Of a stretch of DNA of 61,111 nucleotides, positions 57,731 to 61,111 are shown in pieces. Made by a program: the position numbers and the translations under genes. The stretch spans positions 1 to 61,111 of IMG/VR virus record IMGVR_UViG_3300016657_000047, one strand, 5' to 3'. Below the pieces are notes generated by a model. That model was not told where the DNA came from and searched no databases. It saw nothing but the letters and a program-made list of their open reading frames with translations. Source of the DNA: a virus (Duplodnaviria > Caudoviricetes). Positions within the stretch are counted from its first letter, which is position 1. Every line of letters starts with the position of its first letter.

Positions 57731-58135
57731 TTAGATGGCTGGATAGTTGCTCAGTACTTCTTGCAGATTTTGGAGATGCTTCTCAGCATCGGCACGATCG
57801 AGTACGAGGTAGTACTTCTGACCAGAGGTGTGTTCGATGTAGTGGTCTGTCAATTCCACTTCCAAGCTTTCGCCGCTTTCACGAATAGCTTCCAGACCTT
57901 TTACGGTGGTTTCCGGAGTCATGTTTTCGTAAGACAACGGTAAGTAGTTAAATGGCATCTGGAGTGCCGCAATACCACCAGGTTCATTCACCCAGTCAAA
58001 GGTCGTCTCATCTTGTCGCATGTAGGAAGACTGCTTGCACATCAGCGGGCCTTGGCTGCCGTTTTTAAGGTCGATCTGCATGAACAGAACATCTTCACGT
58101 ATTGCCCACAGTTCGTCGTGTGTATAGATACGCAT
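57731..58135 (-). CDS. hypothetical protein
   Basis: Start reassigned to ATG 58135 (AAAGGA RBS). Confidence 0.7.
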   Translation of the reverse strand: MRIYTHDELWAIREDVLFMQIDLKNGSQGPLMCKQSSYMRQDETTFDWVNEPGGIAALQMPFNYLPLSYENMTPETTVKGLEAIRESGESLEVELTDHYIEHTSGQKYYLVLDRADAEKHLQNLQEVLSNYPAI

Positions 58136-58148
58136 TTCTAATCCTTTC

Positions 58149-58712
58149 TTAACGTAGACTGATTTCGAGACGTTTTGCCGTCCGCAGCGAGTTGATCTGG
58201 TTGAGTTGAACGGCTGCTTCCTTCGAATCACTACCGGAGTAGTTCAGTTCTACGAAGTAGTTGACCAACAGCAGACCTTGCCATTTCTCGGTATTGTAGA
58301 TCAGCCGGTTCGGTACTTTCAACTCATCCCAGTAAACGAATGACATCACCACCAGCAGATCTGCATATAGGTGCTCAACAAACTCATGCAGCGTCAGTTT
58401 ATTGCCAGAATGACGACCTTCCAGTTCAACTTGTTCCAGTACCAAGTTAGTCAGCTCTTCGGCCGCCAGTCCAGAAAGTTTAGTTTCACGTTGCAACGCA
58501 TCGATCACAGCAAAACCGCAAAGCTGGCTGCATTCGGCTTTGGTGTATTCACTATAACACTTCGCGCTACGTTCGATGGCACTCTCTACCATGACAGGCA
58601 GTTTAACCTTCAATGCTTCTACGCCACCAGCAACGATGGTGTCGTAAATCGTCGATGCCCAGTAGTGAGAAGCATCAGCGATGTTACCCAGTTCTTTTGC
58701 AATGATATCCAT
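58149..58712 (-). CDS. hypothetical protein
   Basis: GAGGA RBS. Confidence 0.7.
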   Translation of the reverse strand: MDIIAKELGNIADASHYWASTIYDTIVAGGVEALKVKLPVMVESAIERSAKCYSEYTKAECSQLCGFAVIDALQRETKLSGLAAEELTNLVLEQVELEGRHSGNKLTLHEFVEHLYADLLVVMSFVYWDELKVPNRLIYNTEKWQGLLLVNYFVELNYSGSDSKEAAVQLNQINSLRTAKRLEISLR

Positions 58713-58777
58713 GGTAATTCCTCTCTATTTGAAATGAGGAGGGAACACCCCTCCTCTGTATTGCCGGTTAATTTAAA

Positions 58778-59470
58778 TCAAAGAACAGCCAACGCCGCCA
58801 TCTGCTGATTCAGCCAAGCGTACTGGGTAGTGATGTTGGTGATCTTAAAGTAGTTCGTCTGAATACCCATTTCCGGGGTAATCTCGCCGGGATAATTAGG
58901 AACACCGCAGTCCATGTATTTCATCATCACAAGGTCGCGGCGCCGACCAGTATGGTTTTCGAAAGTCAGGTACTCTTCTGGATTGTTGATGTTAACTGCA
59001 CAGTGAGTTACAGTGCCATTACGCTTGATAGCGCCCAAATACTTACCAATCACCTTTTCCCGAACAGCCGGGTTAATGTGGAACAGCTCAACATAGTCGC
59101 CAGGTTCCGGAGTACGTTTACGTACAGGGAATTCAGGAGTACTTACTTCGTTCAGTTCATTGAAAAAGTGATCAAATATCTCGGCTTCACTCGACCACAT
59201 TACCGGATCAAATTCGTATTCAACGATGTTATTGAATACAGCGTTACCGGCACTATCGAGGAAATACAAACCTGCGGTATACAACAATCCCACGCGATCG
59301 TGGGTACTGTAACGATGCGGTTTGAGTAGGTACATATAGCTGTCATGCTTGGTTGGATTTTTATTATCCCGCAGCTTTTTCATCAACACTACTTGACCAC
59401 TGGGGACGGCGTCTGTAATGTTATCGCCGGTAGTGTGTTTCGGAAATACATTGACTTTAGTGGATTCCAT
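58778..59470 (-). CDS. hypothetical protein
   Basis: GAAGGA RBS; 230 aa. Confidence 0.7.
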   Translation of the reverse strand: MESTKVNVFPKHTTGDNITDAVPSGQVVLMKKLRDNKNPTKHDSYMYLLKPHRYSTHDRVGLLYTAGLYFLDSAGNAVFNNIVEYEFDPVMWSSEAEIFDHFFNELNEVSTPEFPVRKRTPEPGDYVELFHINPAVREKVIGKYLGAIKRNGTVTHCAVNINNPEEYLTFENHTGRRRDLVMMKYMDCGVPNYPGEITPEMGIQTNYFKITNITTQYAWLNQQMAALAVL

Positions 59471-59628
59471 GATGATTCCTTCTTATTTAAATTTAGCTAT
59501 AGTTGAGAAAGCACGTCGGTTTTACAAATACTTACTGAGATACGGTTGGTCCGGCATAAAAACGGGATTAGGTAAATCCACTCCTATGTGATATGTACAG
59601 GCTGTATTTAATTGCCTTTCATACACCT

Positions 59629-59652
59629 CACTTGGATGATATATGCTTCAAA
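59629..59652 (-). promoter_or_regulatory. candidate phage early promoter (copy 4)
   Basis: Minus strand TTTGAAGCATATATCATCCAAGTG, heading the small-ORF array. Confidence 0.55.
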
Positions 59653-59670
59653 AAAGATAGGAACGACATA

Positions 59671-59696
59671 AAAGCCCTCCGAGACTGGAGGGCTTT
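59671..59696 (-). terminator. terminator hairpin
   Basis: AAAGCCCTCC-GAGACT-GGAGGGCTTT. Confidence 0.75.
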
Positions 59697-59704
59697 ATAT
59701 GACA

Positions 59705-60226
59705 TTAGACTGTTGCATTAGCCATCAGTAGTTCAAGCACATGTAGACGGAATTCAGCTTGCATACGGCGACGTGGCAGCATACCACGCTCAAGATGAAT
59801 CTTGGTATCCTGATAGACACGGTCCATCGATACCATTTCAAACTCTAGCGCATCACCGGCACTACCGTACAATGGAGTAGGCTTGAATCGAAGCGGGACA
59901 CAAGTAACTGCATAGAACTGTTCTTCTACACAGCCTAGGCTAAGTAACCAGCGGTCGGTACTGTTGACATCACCACTCCATACCCAGTCGTGGTCCAAAG
60001 TCACAATGTTGTAATCTTTGGATTCCCAGCCAGCCTCTTCTTCCAATTCACGCTTACCCGCTGCTGCGATGTTCTCGCCATTATCAACACCACCACCCGG
60101 TAGTTCAGGATAACGATTGTAATCACAGGAAGCTAGAATCAAACCATTACGAATAGCAAAGGTTTCTACACGGTGCCGTCTCCGCTTACCATCGTGCATG
60201 GTGCGCAATTCATTGGCGGTACTCAT
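59705..60226 (-). CDS. Nudix hydrolase
   Basis: Nudix box GGVDNGENIAAAGKRELEEEAG (GX5EX7REUXEEXG). Confidence 0.88.
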   Translation of the reverse strand: MSTANELRTMHDGKRRRHRVETFAIRNGLILASCDYNRYPELPGGGVDNGENIAAAGKRELEEEAGWESKDYNIVTLDHDWVWSGDVNSTDRWLLSLGCVEEQFYAVTCVPLRFKPTPLYGSAGDALEFEMVSMDRVYQDTKIHLERGMLPRRRMQAEFRLHVLELLMANATV

Positions 60227-60236
60227 TAAGTTTCCT

Positions 60237-60857
60237 TTACTTGTTCTTAGGTGGTTTCGGAATAGTCTTTACACGAGTGCTGCCCTTTACTGGTTTTTCC
60301 ACTACTTCTGGTACTGGATCAGTAATAGGTGGCTCTTCTTCTACCACTGTCGTTACTACGGGTTCGACCGGTGCTTTAGCAATAGGGGCGGCTGCCACTA
60401 CGGGCGCTACTGGTACCGCATGGGGTGCTACTGGAATCGGTGGAGAAGTTGGCGTACCCGGTGTGGAAATAGGAGTAGTTGGTTCAGTCGGAACGACTGG
60501 CGCCTTAGGTTCTTGGTTACCTTTGATCAGTACAGCAGCAGACTGACCAAGATGGGCTAACAGTAAACCACCTATTTGCGTCACAAACGCGTTACCATCC
60601 CATTTTCCCTGCATACCGTTGTAGATGTTCATGCAGATGATAATAAACGCTGTAACGAGGATTATGGGGTAACCAATAACCCTTGCTGGATCATACGTTT
60701 CGCCATCAGGACCCGTCAGGCAATCGTGTACAATCTTTGGCAAATAGGCACGATGTTGCCAAACAAACAATGTAGCTGCAATCAGCATCAGCATACAAAC
60801 GATGTACATGGTCTTCAAGATTAACTGTACATCTAAATCCGGAATTACGAATTCCAT
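60237..60857 (-). CDS. membrane protein with Pro/Val-rich C-terminal tail
   Basis: AAGGAGG RBS; 2-3 hydrophobic segments; low-complexity tail. Confidence 0.7.
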   Translation of the reverse strand: MEFVIPDLDVQLILKTMYIVCMLMLIAATLFVWQHRAYLPKIVHDCLTGPDGETYDPARVIGYPIILVTAFIIICMNIYNGMQGKWDGNAFVTQIGGLLLAHLGQSAAVLIKGNQEPKAPVVPTEPTTPISTPGTPTSPPIPVAPHAVPVAPVVAAAPIAKAPVEPVVTTVVEEEPPITDPVPEVVEKPVKGSTRVKTIPKPPKNK

Positions 60858-60905
60858 ATATACCTCCTTTCATTATACATACAATAAGGAAGTTATACGG
60901 CCATA

Positions 60906-60931
60906 AGAGACTAGCACAAAGGCTAGTCTCT
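60906..60931 (-). terminator. terminator hairpin
   Basis: AGAGACTAGC...GCTAGTCTCT. Confidence 0.65.
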
Positions 60932-60936
60932 ATAGG

Positions 60937-61110
60937 TTATTTATCATGCAGCAAATTACCTTCAGCGTCATATTTGCGACCTTCACAGTCATCGCTGATA
61001 AGGCCATTAGTTAACCAGCCATGATAGAAGCCACCAATATTAATCGATGGCGTCACAGTAAGGTTGGGTACCTCACCAGACACACCCCAGCCACCATAGC
61101 GTCGAGTACC
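60937..61110 (-). CDS. partial ORF (3' end), possibly DUF6527-like
   Basis: Translates as GTRRYGGWGVSGEVPNLTVTPSINIGGFYHGWLTNG...; not in the supplied ORF track because its start lies outside the window. Confidence 0.55.
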   Translation of the reverse strand, partial: GTRRYGGWGVSGEVPNLTVTPSINIGGFYHGWLTNGLISDDCEGRKYDAEGNLLHDK

Positions 61111-61111
61111 T

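Noticed and set aside
1-61111. tRNA or rRNA genes; alternative genetic code
   Set aside because: No cloverleaf or rRNA-like sequence recognised by eye. Genes are long and intact under the standard code, and TAG and TGA both serve as stops.

Overview
This is a 61 kb segment of a phiKZ-like jumbo phage (Chimalliviridae-type) genome. Support: a ~725 aa major capsid protein, a ~935 aa portal-like protein, a stand-alone fragment of a split multisubunit RNA polymerase beta subunit, an atypical DnaB helicase, RNase H, RuvC, Rz/Rz1 spanins, and several head proteins with (S/A/G)-x-E prohead-protease motifs. Mobile elements: a group I intron with an HNH endonuclease splitting the DnaB gene, a class 3 (Ala1, WCT) LAGLIDADG intein in an SNF2-type helicase, and two free-standing GIY-YIG endonucleases. 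The 49.4-61 kb region is a minus-strand array of small accessory ORFs, including an RNAP alpha-CTD-like protein, a Nudix hydrolase and a decayed paralog. The stand-out feature is a ~10 kb island (7.1-17.4 kb) right after the tail-fibre-like genes. It encodes a Gly-rich HxH protein, a 73-aa peptide ending in C(NC)5, four radical SAM proteins and a tandem pair of DUF3050-like diiron proteins, one intact and one missing its metal ligands. It looks like a phage-encoded RiPP-type or virion-protein modification system. All family assignments come from motif recognition by eye; no searches were run.
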